Shown: in pieces, positions 1-9,395 of the stretch
How the letters are laid out: each line of letters starts with the position of its first letter
How positions within the stretch are numbered: the first letter of the stretch is position 1
Source: Candidatus Xenobia bacterium
Lineage (GTDB): Bacteria > Vulcanimicrobiota > Xenobia > Xenobiales > QWHO01
Assembly: GCA_045863235.1 (NCBI GenBank)
Contig: BTUM01000020.1
Location: forward strand, 43,287 to 107,286
DNA length: 64,000 bases
Reading direction: 5' to 3'
Position numbers and translations under genes: made by a program
Notes under the pieces: model-generated
What the model saw: only the letters and a program-made list of their open reading frames with translations
The model's database searches: none
What the model was told of the DNA's origin: nothing

Positions 1-1
1 A

Positions 2-226
2 GGGCCGGCGGCGGCCATGCTGGCTTCGCTGGGTTTCCCGGTCTCGGCGGCGGGGGTGGCCCTGGCCCTGCAGGGCCACCTGGACGAGCTGATCTGCGAC
101 GATCGGGACCGCGCTCTTGAGTTGCCCTGTCCGGCTCGGTTCCTGCCCACCGTCATGCGCAATCCGGAAGACCGTCTGGAGCTGGCCCGGAGGATCCTCG
201 AAGGGCGGCCCGAAAGCCCGGGCTGA
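2..226 (+). CDS. cofD: 2-phospho-L-lactate transferase, C-terminal fragment (5' end outside window)
   Basis: Reads GPAAAMLASLGFPVSAAGVA...LICDDRD...TVMRNPEDRLELARRIL, typical of the CofD C-terminus; its stop overlaps the cofC start (TGATG). Confidence 0.8.
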   Translation, partial: GPAAAMLASLGFPVSAAGVALALQGHLDELICDDRDRALELPCPARFLPTVMRNPEDRLELARRILEGRPESPG

Positions 227-795
227 TGTCGATTCGAGCCGTGATCCCGGTCAACCGTCTGGAGCAAGCCAAGAGCCGCCTGGCCGAGGTGCTCAGCGAC
301 CGCAGCGAGCTGGTGCTTGAGCTGCTCTCGCGGGTGGTGCAGGCGATCAAGCCGTGCGTGGACGAGGTGCTGATCGTCAGTCCCGACCGCCGCCTCGAGC
401 CCGAAGCCGCACGGCTGGGGGTGAGCTTTCTCTTGCAGCGCTCCAGCGGCCTCAATCCCGCCCTGGATGAGGCGCGCGCTCACCTGGGAGAGGGCCCGCT
501 GCTGGTGGCGCTGGGTGACCTTCCCCAGCTGACCGAGCCGGACGTGCGCGCCTTCCTGCTGCGGCCTGAGGAGGTGCTGCTGGCACCCGACCGCGAGCAG
601 AACGGCACCAATCTAATGTTTCTACGCTCGACCGGGAGCTTCATGTTTCAGTATGGTCCGGGTAGCTTCGTGCGCCACTTCAGCCAGGCGATGGGTCGGG
701 GCCTGACGGTGGGCGTGCACCGCTCGAGCGGCACCGAGGTCGACCTGGATGCTCCCACCGACCTGCCCCAACTGGCGTGGACGAGCTGCGACTGA
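226..795 (+). CDS. cofC: 2-phospho-L-lactate/phosphoenolpyruvate guanylyltransferase
   Basis: AVIPV..L..AKSRL N-terminus, GLNPAL, GDLP, APDR..NGTN, QYGPGSF.RH and VDLDAPTDL motifs; lies between cofD and cofE. Confidence 0.92.
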   Translation: MSIRAVIPVNRLEQAKSRLAEVLSDRSELVLELLSRVVQAIKPCVDEVLIVSPDRRLEPEAARLGVSFLLQRSSGLNPALDEARAHLGEGPLLVALGDLPQLTEPDVRAFLLRPEEVLLAPDREQNGTNLMFLRSTGSFMFQYGPGSFVRHFSQAMGRGLTVGVHRSSGTEVDLDAPTDLPQLAWTSCD

Positions 796-1517
796 TCCCC
801 GTCCGGGGAGTTCCAGAGATTCGGGCCGGAGAGGACGTGGCGAAGCTGCTCGCCCCCCTGCTCGCGCGGCTGGCTCGGCCTGGCGACGTTCTGGTGGTGA
901 CCCACAAGGTGCTCAGCAAGGCGGAAGGACGGCTGGTCGACCTGACCGAGGTGCAGCCATCGGCCCTGGCCGAGAGCCATGCCCGGGCCTGGGGCAAGGA
1001 CCCCCGCCAGGTGGAAGTGGTGCTGCGCGAAAGCGGCTCGATCTTGCGCATGGAGGGCCCGGTGATCATCTCTCGCACCCGCCACGGGCTGGTCTGCGCC
1101 AACGCCGGCGTGGACAAGAGCAACGTGCCAGGCCAGGCGGTCTGTCTTTTGCCGGAGGACCCGGACGCCTCGGCAGGCCGCCTCTACCAGGCGCTGGAGG
1201 CGGCTCTGGGTTTCTCCCTACCGGTGGTGATCAGCGACTCGTTCGGCCGGCCCTGGCGGCTGGGCATCGTCAACGTGGCCATCGGCCTGGCGGGGATGGC
1301 GCCCTTTACCGACCATCGCGGCCGGACCGACGCCCACGGCTATCGTCTGGAGGCCAGCCTGATGGCGACTGCCGACGCGGTGGCCGCAGCCGCCGAGCTG
1401 GTCATGGGCAAGACCGATGGCGTGCCGGCCGCCCTGGTGCGCGGCCTCGAGCTGAGCGGCTCGACGGGCTGCGCGGCCGAGCTGATCCGCCCCGGCGAGC
1501 AGGATCTCTTTCGTTGA
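777..1517 (+). CDS. cofE: Coenzyme F420-0:L-glutamate ligase
   Basis: GVPEIRAGED, VVTHKVLSKAEGR, ANAGVDKSN, LLPEDPD, SDSFGRPWR and MGKTDGVP motifs. Confidence 0.93.
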   Translation: MDELRLIPVRGVPEIRAGEDVAKLLAPLLARLARPGDVLVVTHKVLSKAEGRLVDLTEVQPSALAESHARAWGKDPRQVEVVLRESGSILRMEGPVIISRTRHGLVCANAGVDKSNVPGQAVCLLPEDPDASAGRLYQALEAALGFSLPVVISDSFGRPWRLGIVNVAIGLAGMAPFTDHRGRTDAHGYRLEASLMATADAVAAAAELVMGKTDGVPAALVRGLELSGSTGCAAELIRPGEQDLFR

Positions 1518-1536
1518 CCGGGCGAAGGGAGTCGGC

Positions 1537-2556
1537 ATGAATCGGATCAAGAAGAAGCACCTCGGCTACTGCGCGATGTTCGAGCAGTTCCACCCCAACG
1601 ATATGCTGGTCTGGTGCGAGCAGGCGGAGCAGCTCGGCTTTGGCAGCATCATGGCCAGCGACCACTTCCACCCCTGGACCCCTCAGCAGGGCCACAGCGC
1701 TTTCGTGTGGACCTGGATGGGGGCGCTGGGGGCGCGCACCTCGCTGCCCTTCGGAACCGGAGTGACGCCGCCCGGCTATCGCTACCATCCGGCCCTGGTG
1801 GCCCAGATGGCCTGCACGGTCGAAGCCATGTACCCGGGGCGCTTCTGGCTCGGCCTGGGGGCCGGAGAAGCTCTCAACGAGCACGTCATCGGTTGCTACT
1901 GGCCGGAGCCCCCGGTGCGACTCGAGAAGTTGCTCGAGTCGATCGAGATCATCAAGAAGCTCTTCACCGGCAAGGTGGTCAAACACCAGGGCAAGCACTT
2001 CACCCTCGAATCGGCTCAGATCTATACCCTGCCGCCCTCCCCGCCGCCCATCCTGGTGGCCACCTCGGGCCCCATCATGAGCGCCAACACGGGCCGCTTC
2101 TGCGACGGCGTGATCACGGTGGGGGCGGCCGACGACAAGCTCTCGATGCTGATGGGCAAGTTCGAGGGAGGGGCCCGCGAGGCCGGTAAGGACCCGGCGG
2201 CGATGCCGCGGCTGATCCAGATCCACGTCTCCTGGGCACCTGGCCTGGAGGAGGCCACCGACAACGCGGTGCGCGAGTGGCCCAACGGAGGGATGAACTT
2301 TCCCAAGGCCGATGTGCGCTCCCCCGAGGTTTTCGAGGCCATCGCCCGCATGGTGCGTCCCGAGCACTTCAAAGGCCGGGTGCTCATCTCCGAGAAGGCC
2401 GAGGACCACATCAACCTGATCAACCACCTCTACTCCAAGGGCTTCGATGGCGTCTACGTCCATAACGTGGGCCGCAACCAGGCCGAGTTCCTCAAGTTCT
2501 ACGCCGCCGAAGTCTTGCCCAGCCTCGCTCTGGAGCCGGTCGGTAGTCCTGGTTGA
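1537..2556 (+). CDS. F420-dependent LLM-class oxidoreductase (G6PDH-like family)
   Basis: EQFHP, SDHFHPW, GTGVT, YHPALVAQ and GLGAGEALNEH motifs; directly follows cofE. Confidence 0.88.
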   Translation: MNRIKKKHLGYCAMFEQFHPNDMLVWCEQAEQLGFGSIMASDHFHPWTPQQGHSAFVWTWMGALGARTSLPFGTGVTPPGYRYHPALVAQMACTVEAMYPGRFWLGLGAGEALNEHVIGCYWPEPPVRLEKLLESIEIIKKLFTGKVVKHQGKHFTLESAQIYTLPPSPPPILVATSGPIMSANTGRFCDGVITVGAADDKLSMLMGKFEGGAREAGKDPAAMPRLIQIHVSWAPGLEEATDNAVREWPNGGMNFPKADVRSPEVFEAIARMVRPEHFKGRVLISEKAEDHINLINHLYSKGFDGVYVHNVGRNQAEFLKFYAAEVLPSLALEPVGSPG

Positions 2557-2587
2557 ACGCCGACCCTCCCATAGTCGGTAGGTCGCG

Positions 2588-3925
2588 ATGAGCTGGGGAC
2601 TCATCCTGCTGGGTATCCCGGCTCTGCTGCTGCTGCACGGCTTCTTCGTGGCGGCCGAGATCGGCGCGGTTTCGGCCCGCCGTCACCGGCTGGCTCAGCT
2701 GGCCGCCAACGGGGTGCGGGCCGCCACCAAGTTCCTGCCGGTCACCCAGGACGCCGGTCGGTTTGCGGCCTATGTGTCCGCCTGCCAGGTGGGCATCAGC
2801 CTCACCGGTCTGGTCCTGGGCTACTGGGGTTACGCCTTTCTGGCCCTGCCTCTCGACCCCTGGCTGGGGCAGCGCTTCGAGCTCTCCGAGATGGGCGCTC
2901 GGATTCTGGCCGTCACCATCGTGCTGGCCACCATGATGTCCCTGCTGGTCTTGTTGGGCGAGCTGGTGCCCAAGTCGCTGGCCCTGCTCGAGCCCGAGAA
3001 GGCGGCCGTGCGAACCTCCACCCTGATGCGCAAGATGACCACCCTCTTCAAGCCCCTGACCTTCGTCTATGATCGGGTGTCGCGTTTTCTTCTGGCCCGC
3101 CTGGGCTTGAGCGAGGCCGCCTGGCAGAACACCCACGTCCACTCGCCCGAGGAGATCCAGATCCTGGTGGAGGAGAGCGGCGCCCAGGGACTGCTCGAGG
3201 AAGAAGAGCAGCGCCTGCTCGAGAACACCCTCCGGCTGCGCGACTTCAACGCCCGCCACGCCATGATTCCCCGCACCAAGATGTTCACCGCCTCGCTCGA
3301 GTTGCCCATTCCCGAGTTGCTCAAGCTGCTGGCCGAGTCCAACTATTCGCGCCTGCCGCTTTATCGCGAGTCGCCTGACCAGATCGAGGGGGTGGTGCAC
3401 CTCAAGGACCTGCTTTGCCTCAGCCGCGCTCCGGGCCAGGTCAAGCACGTCTCCCAGGTCATGCTGAAGGTGCCCTACGTGCCCGAGACGGTGCCTGTGG
3501 ACGAGCTGTTCAACCTGCTGCAGCGCAAGCATTACCACATGGCCATCGTGGTGGACGAGTTCGGTGGCACGGCCGGCATGGTCACTCTGGAAGACCTGAT
3601 CGAGCGCATTTTCGGCGATTTCGAGGACGAGTTCGACCCCCCCGAGCTGACCGCCGAGCTGCGCTCGGGGCGACTGTTCCTGGCCGGGGACGTCCTGGTG
3701 GAAGACCTCAACGAGTGGCTCGACGTCGAGCTCGACTCGGACCTGGCCGACTCGGTCGGCGGCCTGGTGATGGCCGAGCTGGGCCAGGTGCCCGAGCCGG
3801 GGGCAGAGGTCACCATCGCCGAGATCCCGTTCCGGGTGGAGCGGGTGGAGGGCAAGTGGGCCGCCCGCGTCAGCCTGGCCGTCACCGAGGAGCAGGCAGC
3901 TCACTTCCAGGAGCACTACGACTGA
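2588..3925 (+). CDS. CNNM/CorB (hemolysin-family) CBS-domain membrane protein
   Basis: FFVAAE, CQVGIS, GELVPKSLA, MIPRT, YSRLPLY, VDEFGGTAGMVTLEDLIE motifs and a C-terminal CorC-like domain. Confidence 0.92.
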   Translation: MSWGLILLGIPALLLLHGFFVAAEIGAVSARRHRLAQLAANGVRAATKFLPVTQDAGRFAAYVSACQVGISLTGLVLGYWGYAFLALPLDPWLGQRFELSEMGARILAVTIVLATMMSLLVLLGELVPKSLALLEPEKAAVRTSTLMRKMTTLFKPLTFVYDRVSRFLLARLGLSEAAWQNTHVHSPEEIQILVEESGAQGLLEEEEQRLLENTLRLRDFNARHAMIPRTKMFTASLELPIPELLKLLAESNYSRLPLYRESPDQIEGVVHLKDLLCLSRAPGQVKHVSQVMLKVPYVPETVPVDELFNLLQRKHYHMAIVVDEFGGTAGMVTLEDLIERIFGDFEDEFDPPELTAELRSGRLFLAGDVLVEDLNEWLDVELDSDLADSVGGLVMAELGQVPEPGAEVTIAEIPFRVERVEGKWAARVSLAVTEEQAAHFQEHYD

Positions 3926-5208
3926 TGGAGGTGACTGTCGGGCTGCTGGTGATCGCGGGCCTGGTGCTGCTCAACAGCCTGTTCGTGGCGGCCGAGTTCT
4001 CGCTGGTGGGCGTGCCCCAGGCGCGGCTGGCCCAGCTGTCCGAGTCCGGCTCACGGGGGGCCACCGAGGTGCTCACCCTGCTCAAGGATCGAGACCGTCT
4101 CAACCGTTTCGTGGCCACGGCCCAGGTCGGGCTGGCCCTGGTCATCCTGGGTCTTGGCATGTACGGTGAGCCGCTGCTCTCATCCTGGTTTCGCCAGGCC
4201 ATGCCCACCACTCCGGGTCTGGCCACTGTGCTGGCCTTGCTGGTGCTGACCTGCCCCCACGTTGTGCTGGGGCAGGTGGTCCCCAAGGCGTTGGCCCTCA
4301 CTTATGCCGTGCCGACCTCCATCACGCTGCAGGGGCCTTTGAGCTTGCTCGAGCGTCTCTTCTTTCCGGTGGTGGTCACTCTGAACGCGGCCGGCAACGC
4401 CCTGCTCAAGCTGCTGGGTGCTCACTCGCTGGACCCCAAGGGTCGGCTCTTTTCGCCCGAGGAGCTCGAGCAGGTCGTGGAGGAGAGCCACCAGGGCGGT
4501 CTGCTCGAGCGCACCGAGGAGCAGTTCCTCAAGAACATCTTTGATTTTCAGGGTCGCATCGTGGGCCGGGTGATGACCCCCCGCACGCGAGTCTTCGGTT
4601 TGAGCGTGGAGGCCGACCAGGACGAGGTGCTGGGGGCCATCCACGAGCACCGCTACACCCGCTATCCGGTCTATGAGGGCGATATGGATCACCTGGTGGG
4701 AGTCTTGCATATCAAGGACCTGGCCCGCCAGATGGTGCAGAACCACCCCTTCAACCTGCGGGCGGTGCTCAGGCCAGTGCTCTATGTGCCTGCCTCCACT
4801 CCGCTCGAGGACATGGTCAACCGCTTCCGCACCGGCCGCACCCAGTTTGCGGTCGTGCTCGACGAGTTTGGCGGGATGGCCGGCGTGGTGACGGTGGAGG
4901 ACGTGGTCGAGGAAGTGGTGGGGGAGATTCAAGACGAGTTCGACCAGGAGACGCCCCCCCTGGAGCGGCTCGACGACGAAACCGTGCGGGTTCGAGGCGA
5001 TCTGATGCTGACCGACCTGCGGCGAGAGTTCGGAGGGGAGATCCCCGAGCATCCCGAGGTCGAAACGGTGGGCGGTATGGTGATGGCCGAGCTGGGCCGG
5101 GTGCCCGAATCGGGGGATCGGGTGCAGTACGCAGGCCTCGACTTCGAGGTGGAGGAAGTGACCGGAATGGCGGTGCAGTCCTTGCTGGTGCGCCGAGAGA
5201 AGGAGTAG
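3925..5208 (+). CDS. Second CNNM/CorB CBS-domain membrane protein
   Basis: ATG at 3925 overlaps the upstream TGA; LFVAAEF, GQVVPKALA, MTPRT, YTRYPVY and LDEFGGMAGVVTVEDVVEE motifs. Confidence 0.92.
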   Translation: MEVTVGLLVIAGLVLLNSLFVAAEFSLVGVPQARLAQLSESGSRGATEVLTLLKDRDRLNRFVATAQVGLALVILGLGMYGEPLLSSWFRQAMPTTPGLATVLALLVLTCPHVVLGQVVPKALALTYAVPTSITLQGPLSLLERLFFPVVVTLNAAGNALLKLLGAHSLDPKGRLFSPEELEQVVEESHQGGLLERTEEQFLKNIFDFQGRIVGRVMTPRTRVFGLSVEADQDEVLGAIHEHRYTRYPVYEGDMDHLVGVLHIKDLARQMVQNHPFNLRAVLRPVLYVPASTPLEDMVNRFRTGRTQFAVVLDEFGGMAGVVTVEDVVEEVVGEIQDEFDQETPPLERLDDETVRVRGDLMLTDLRREFGGEIPEHPEVETVGGMVMAELGRVPESGDRVQYAGLDFEVEEVTGMAVQSLLVRREKE

Positions 5209-5213
5209 CTCGA

Positions 5214-5735
5214 ATGGACGGAGTTTGGGTCTACCCGGTGGATGATGCCGACCAGGAGGAATCCAAGAGCGAGGCGGTGGCCCGCCTCAGCGAGGCCAGC
5301 TCCTACCTGGTGGTTTTTCTCGAGCCTGAGCGCAGCCTGGCTCTGGCACCCTCGGCCGACCTGGGGCACTCGTTCAGGCAGGGCGAGCGGGTCTATGATG
5401 CCATGGACGAGGTCCTGGTCTACGACTGGATGACCTCACCGGACGGGCGGCTGGTGGGCGTTCGCAACCTGCTGCCTCCCGAGAGCCTGCTGCAGGCTTA
5501 CCAGCACGAGAAGTGGCCCTGGATCTCGCACGAGCAGGATGAGCTGCGCATCTGGTTCGGGGAGGAGCGGGGGGCCGACCTGAGCCAGACCGTGCACCGC
5601 TGCGTCTTCGCCGACCCATTCCGCTCGGCTGACGGGCGCCTGGCTCTGGCTTACGACACCTACGGTTTGAAGGGAGATGAGCTGGAGCGTCTGCGCAAGC
5701 TGGCGGCCCACTGGCTGCCCGTAGCCTCGGCCTGA
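5214..5735 (+). CDS. Hypothetical protein
   Basis: 173-aa ORF 5 bp after the previous stop, with GC-rich codon usage; no family recognised. Confidence 0.7.
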   Translation: MDGVWVYPVDDADQEESKSEAVARLSEASSYLVVFLEPERSLALAPSADLGHSFRQGERVYDAMDEVLVYDWMTSPDGRLVGVRNLLPPESLLQAYQHEKWPWISHEQDELRIWFGEERGADLSQTVHRCVFADPFRSADGRLALAYDTYGLKGDELERLRKLAAHWLPVASA

Positions 5736-5793
5736 TCCCGCGCGTTGACCTCTTCAGACTCAGAGCGCGCAAGACAATCTGTCGAGCGCCGGC

Positions 5794-6219
5794 TCAATGC
5801 ACCTTGGCCCAGTAACGCACGTTGCCCTGCGTGCTGCCGCTGCCGGGCGACTGCACGAAGGTCGGAAATGAGCCCGTGGACTGGCTGAAGTCCTGGGCGG
5901 CAAAGTAGGGAGTGGCATAGACCAGGGTGCGGGTCTGCCCGGGTTTGAGCTCGCCTACCTCCATGTCGCTTTCATGGAAGTAGTAGGCTTCGAAGCCGGA
6001 GGCCTTGTAGCCGATGGGAGCCAGGGGCTGGAACTTCATGGTCACGAGGCTGTCGCGATCGGTCGTTTTGCCGTTGTTGCGCACCTTGATTTCGAGGTAG
6101 ATGCGCCGGTCGAGATCTCCGTGGGCATAGGCCCTGGTGCTCACGATGCGCAGATCCTGCGGTTCACCCTTGGCGATGCCGATTAGCAAGAGAACGATGA
6201 GGGTCAGTCGTTTGAGCAT
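5794..6219 (-). CDS. Exported hypothetical protein (possible Ig/CARDB-like fold)
   Basis: Signal peptide MLKRLTLIVLLLIGIAKG, GGAGG RBS, and a VRNNG...LKPGQT pattern. Confidence 0.7.
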   Translation of the reverse strand: MLKRLTLIVLLLIGIAKGEPQDLRIVSTRAYAHGDLDRRIYLEIKVRNNGKTTDRDSLVTMKFQPLAPIGYKASGFEAYYFHESDMEVGELKPGQTRTLVYATPYFAAQDFSQSTGSFPTFVQSPGSGSTQGNVRYWAKVH

Positions 6220-6235
6220 GCGTTCCTCCCCTGGT

Positions 6236-9200
6236 TCATTGTCCGAAGATCAAGATGACCTTGCCTGGAACCGAGGCGTTGCCGGGTGCCGGGGCGGCGA
6301 TGTCGTTGATGCCGTCGGCGTTGAGGTCGCCGATGGCCATCTTGCCCGGATTGGAGAGGGCGTAGCGAAGAGGGGCGGCGAATGCTCCCCCGGCCTGTCC
6401 GACCAGGATCTGCAGGCTCTCCAGCCCGGTGATCAGGTCCAAGATCCCGTCGGCGTTGAGATCGCCCGCGACCAGCCGGCCACCGCCCACCACCAGCGGA
6501 AAATTGACCGCTCCGGCAAATGTGCCCGCCCCCTGGTTGAGCAGTACGCTGACATTGTTGGTGCCGGTGTTGGAGGCCGCTAGATCGGGCCCGTTGACCC
6601 CGTCGAAGTCGCCCGCGGCAAGTCCCGTCGGGCTGACGCCTCCAGCCAGGCCCAACACCGTGGTCGCAAACGAGGTGCCTGCGCCGTTGTTGCGCAGAAC
6701 CCTGAGGTTGTCGTCGTCGGCGTTGGCCACCGCCAGGTCGGGGCCGTTGACCCCATCGAAGTCGGCTGCTTGAACGAAGCTGGGCCCGTTGCCGACGGCG
6801 AAGGTGTTCTGGGCGGCAACGCCTCCCGAGCCGTTGTTGAGTAAGACGCGAACCACCAGTTGCAGCGAGTCGATGACCGCCAGGTCGGGCCCGTTCAGCC
6901 CATCGAAGTCGGCGCTGATCACCACGGTCGGGTTGAGCGCACCCGGCATGGCGATGGGAACGGCCGGATTGAAGCCGGCCCCGTTGTTCAAGAGCAGCGA
7001 CAGATCGGCTCCGACCGAGTTGGCGGTGACCAGGTCGATTCGTCCGTCCCGGTTGAAATCGGCTGCCACGACGGACGTGGGGTTGATCCCCACGGGGAAG
7101 TTATTGAAGGCGCTGAAGGTGCCCCCGCCCTGGTTGAAGATCACCTCCACCCGATTCTGCAGCGAGTTGACCGAAGCCACATCCAGCCCGTTGCTGCCGT
7201 CGAGGTCGGCCAGAACGGAGTAGTTGGTGCCTTCATTGGGGCCCAGCACGAAGGGGTAAGCCAGGTAGCCGCCCCCCTGGTTGAGGAAGACACTGGCCCC
7301 GGGCTCCATGATGCTGACGCTGGCGGCCACCGCGTCGGGGCCGTTGAGGCCGTCCAGATTCCCGAAATCGAACTCGGAAGCGCTTCCAGCGATGGCCGTG
7401 GGGCTTGAGGCGGTGAAGGTGGCCGCGCCCGAGTTGAAAAGTACGGTCAGGCTGTCCTGGAAGATGTTGGTCACTCCGATGTCCAACCCGTTGACCCCGT
7501 CGACATTGGCCAGACCCAGCCGGAAGACGCCCGGGGAGTTGAAGATGGCCGTGGTGGCCGGGAAGTTGCCGGTGCCGTCGTTGAGCATCAACCAGATGTT
7601 CTGGTTGATGGAGTCGTTGAAGACCATATCATTGCCGTTGACCCCGTCGAGGTTGCCCGACTTGAGGTCCAGGCCGTTTCCGCCCAGCGGAATGCCGAAA
7701 TTGGTGAAGGGGCCGAACACCCCGCCGGCACCCGCCGGATACACCCGGATGTGGGGGAAGACCACCACGCCGATGTCGGCGAGTCCATCGCCGTCGAAGT
7801 CGCTCAGGGTGACGCCCTGGCCGCCTGCCCCCAGAGCGATGGTTGCTCCCGGAGCCAGGACTCCGGCGCCGTTGTTGAAGAGGGTCTGCAGGTCATTGAG
7901 GCCGACGTTGGTGACCAGGTCGAGATCGCCGTCTGCGTCGATATCCCCCAGGTCTCCCCAGATGTTGCCGCCGATCAGGGTGGCCACGTCGGTGGCTGCA
8001 AAGCCACCCGCCCCATTGCTCAAAAAGACGGTGACCTCATCGTTTTTCAGCAGCACGAAGTCGATGCCGTTAAGGTTGTCCAGATTCCCTTTGATCAGCC
8101 GGTTCAGGCTGTTGGTCGGATCGGTGTAGATGGTCGAGGCCGCGCCCAGCGTGCCATCGGCCTGGGTGAGGAGCTGGAACAGGGCGCGGGAGGCCGGATT
8201 GGGGCCGGTCATGATGACGTCGTCGCGCCCGTCCCCGTTCACGTCCAGCAAGATGGTGCTGTCGGCCTGGTTGGGGGTGGAAAAGGCGCGGTTGCCGGGC
8301 GGGAGGCTTCCCACCGCGACCGTGGCCGGCACGCTGGCGGTGATGCCATCGCGAGTGGCCGAGATGTTGGCCGTGCCGGGAGTTCCCGTGCCGCTCACCA
8401 GGCCGGTCGGGGTCACGGTGGCCACGGCGGGATTGTCCGAAGACCACGTCGAGCTGGCGGTTACGTCGGCCGAGCTATTGTCGGAGAAGGTGCCGGTGGC
8501 GGTCAGCTGTTGCGGGGTCAGGCCCACCAGGGCCACCGGGTTGGGGGTTACGGCGAGGGTCTGAAGCAGAGGAGGCGTGATCTCGAAGGCGGCACTGGTG
8601 GCCCCGGTGAGGCCAGTTGAGGTTGCGACCAGGGTGTAACCTGTCGAAGGCGCGGCCACCACCAGGTTGGAGAACACGGCCACGCCGTTCACCGGGGTTG
8701 CCGTCGGGCTGCCCAGCAGTGTGGTCGAGGTGGGGTTGGATCCCAGGGCGAGCGTGATGGGGGAGGTGGCCGTGGGGAACAGGTTCCCGTTCTGGTCGAG
8801 CACGGCGACCTGGGCGGAGAAAACGGTCCCGGCCGCGGACTGTACTGATGGTTGGACGGCGAACGTCAGAGAGGTTGCGGTCGGAGACACCGCTGGATTC
8901 GGCGGGCCGGGTGGTGCCGGGGGAGCCAGACTGAGGAGCTGAATCCTCTGAGTCAGCACCTGGCCGGGTGTGACCGTGATGTTGACCGGAGCCGACTCGG
9001 CGATCTTGTTGCCCACCTCGTCATGGCCGAACACGCTGAGCCGGAAGGTGCCGGGCAGCACCTGGAAGGTGACGGTCACGCTCTGGGCGTCCTCAGGAAC
9101 CGGAGTGACGATGGGTCCAGCCACCAGGTTGAAGGGCGGGTCGGGAGCGGCCACCTCGGTGTGCACCGTGGCCACCCCGGCTCGCTCCTGGCGAGCCTGG

Positions 9201-9337
9201 GGCAGGTCGAGGGCCATTCGCACCGAGACCATCTGGGGCCCGGGGGCAGGTGCCGGCACACCTCCCGAGCGGGGGCCAGCCGAGGAGCACCCCAGCAAGA
9301 GCAGCAACAGCAGGAGTGAGGCGGAGCTCAGGCGCAT
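6236..9337 (-). CDS. Large lipoprotein with Ig-like (Big_2) domain and FG-GAP/VCBS repeats
   Basis: Lipobox-like LLLLLLGC; QQLTATGTFSDNS..DVT...TWSS.NP.VATV Ig motif; many (G/A)D(F/L)(D/N)G.(N/D)G..D repeats. The start could alternatively be 9367. Confidence 0.85.
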   Translation of the reverse strand: MRLSSASLLLLLLLLGCSSAGPRSGGVPAPAPGPQMVSVRMALDLPQARQERAGVATVHTEVAAPDPPFNLVAGPIVTPVPEDAQSVTVTFQVLPGTFRLSVFGHDEVGNKIAESAPVNITVTPGQVLTQRIQLLSLAPPAPPGPPNPAVSPTATSLTFAVQPSVQSAAGTVFSAQVAVLDQNGNLFPTATSPITLALGSNPTSTTLLGSPTATPVNGVAVFSNLVVAAPSTGYTLVATSTGLTGATSAAFEITPPLLQTLAVTPNPVALVGLTPQQLTATGTFSDNSSADVTASSTWSSDNPAVATVTPTGLVSGTGTPGTANISATRDGITASVPATVAVGSLPPGNRAFSTPNQADSTILLDVNGDGRDDVIMTGPNPASRALFQLLTQADGTLGAASTIYTDPTNSLNRLIKGNLDNLNGIDFVLLKNDEVTVFLSNGAGGFAATDVATLIGGNIWGDLGDIDADGDLDLVTNVGLNDLQTLFNNGAGVLAPGATIALGAGGQGVTLSDFDGDGLADIGVVVFPHIRVYPAGAGGVFGPFTNFGIPLGGNGLDLKSGNLDGVNGNDMVFNDSINQNIWLMLNDGTGNFPATTAIFNSPGVFRLGLANVDGVNGLDIGVTNIFQDSLTVLFNSGAATFTASSPTAIAGSASEFDFGNLDGLNGPDAVAASVSIMEPGASVFLNQGGGYLAYPFVLGPNEGTNYSVLADLDGSNGLDVASVNSLQNRVEVIFNQGGGTFSAFNNFPVGINPTSVVAADFNRDGRIDLVTANSVGADLSLLLNNGAGFNPAVPIAMPGALNPTVVISADFDGLNGPDLAVIDSLQLVVRVLLNNGSGGVAAQNTFAVGNGPSFVQAADFDGVNGPDLAVANADDDNLRVLRNNGAGTSFATTVLGLAGGVSPTGLAAGDFDGVNGPDLAASNTGTNNVSVLLNQGAGTFAGAVNFPLVVGGGRLVAGDLNADGILDLITGLESLQILVGQAGGAFAAPLRYALSNPGKMAIGDLNADGINDIAAPAPGNASVPGKVILIFGQ

Positions 9338-9395
9338 CAGAAGGGCCGGGTTAGGCAATGAGACCAACTTCCCTGCTCGGTCGGGGGAGGCGAGG

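Noticed and set aside
3415..3924. N-terminal extensions in the ORF track (also 10743-11099, 17317-17454, 41303-41569, 51550-51660)
   Set aside because: They overlap neighbouring genes or read as low-complexity off-frame sequence; better coupled or RBS-supported starts lie downstream.
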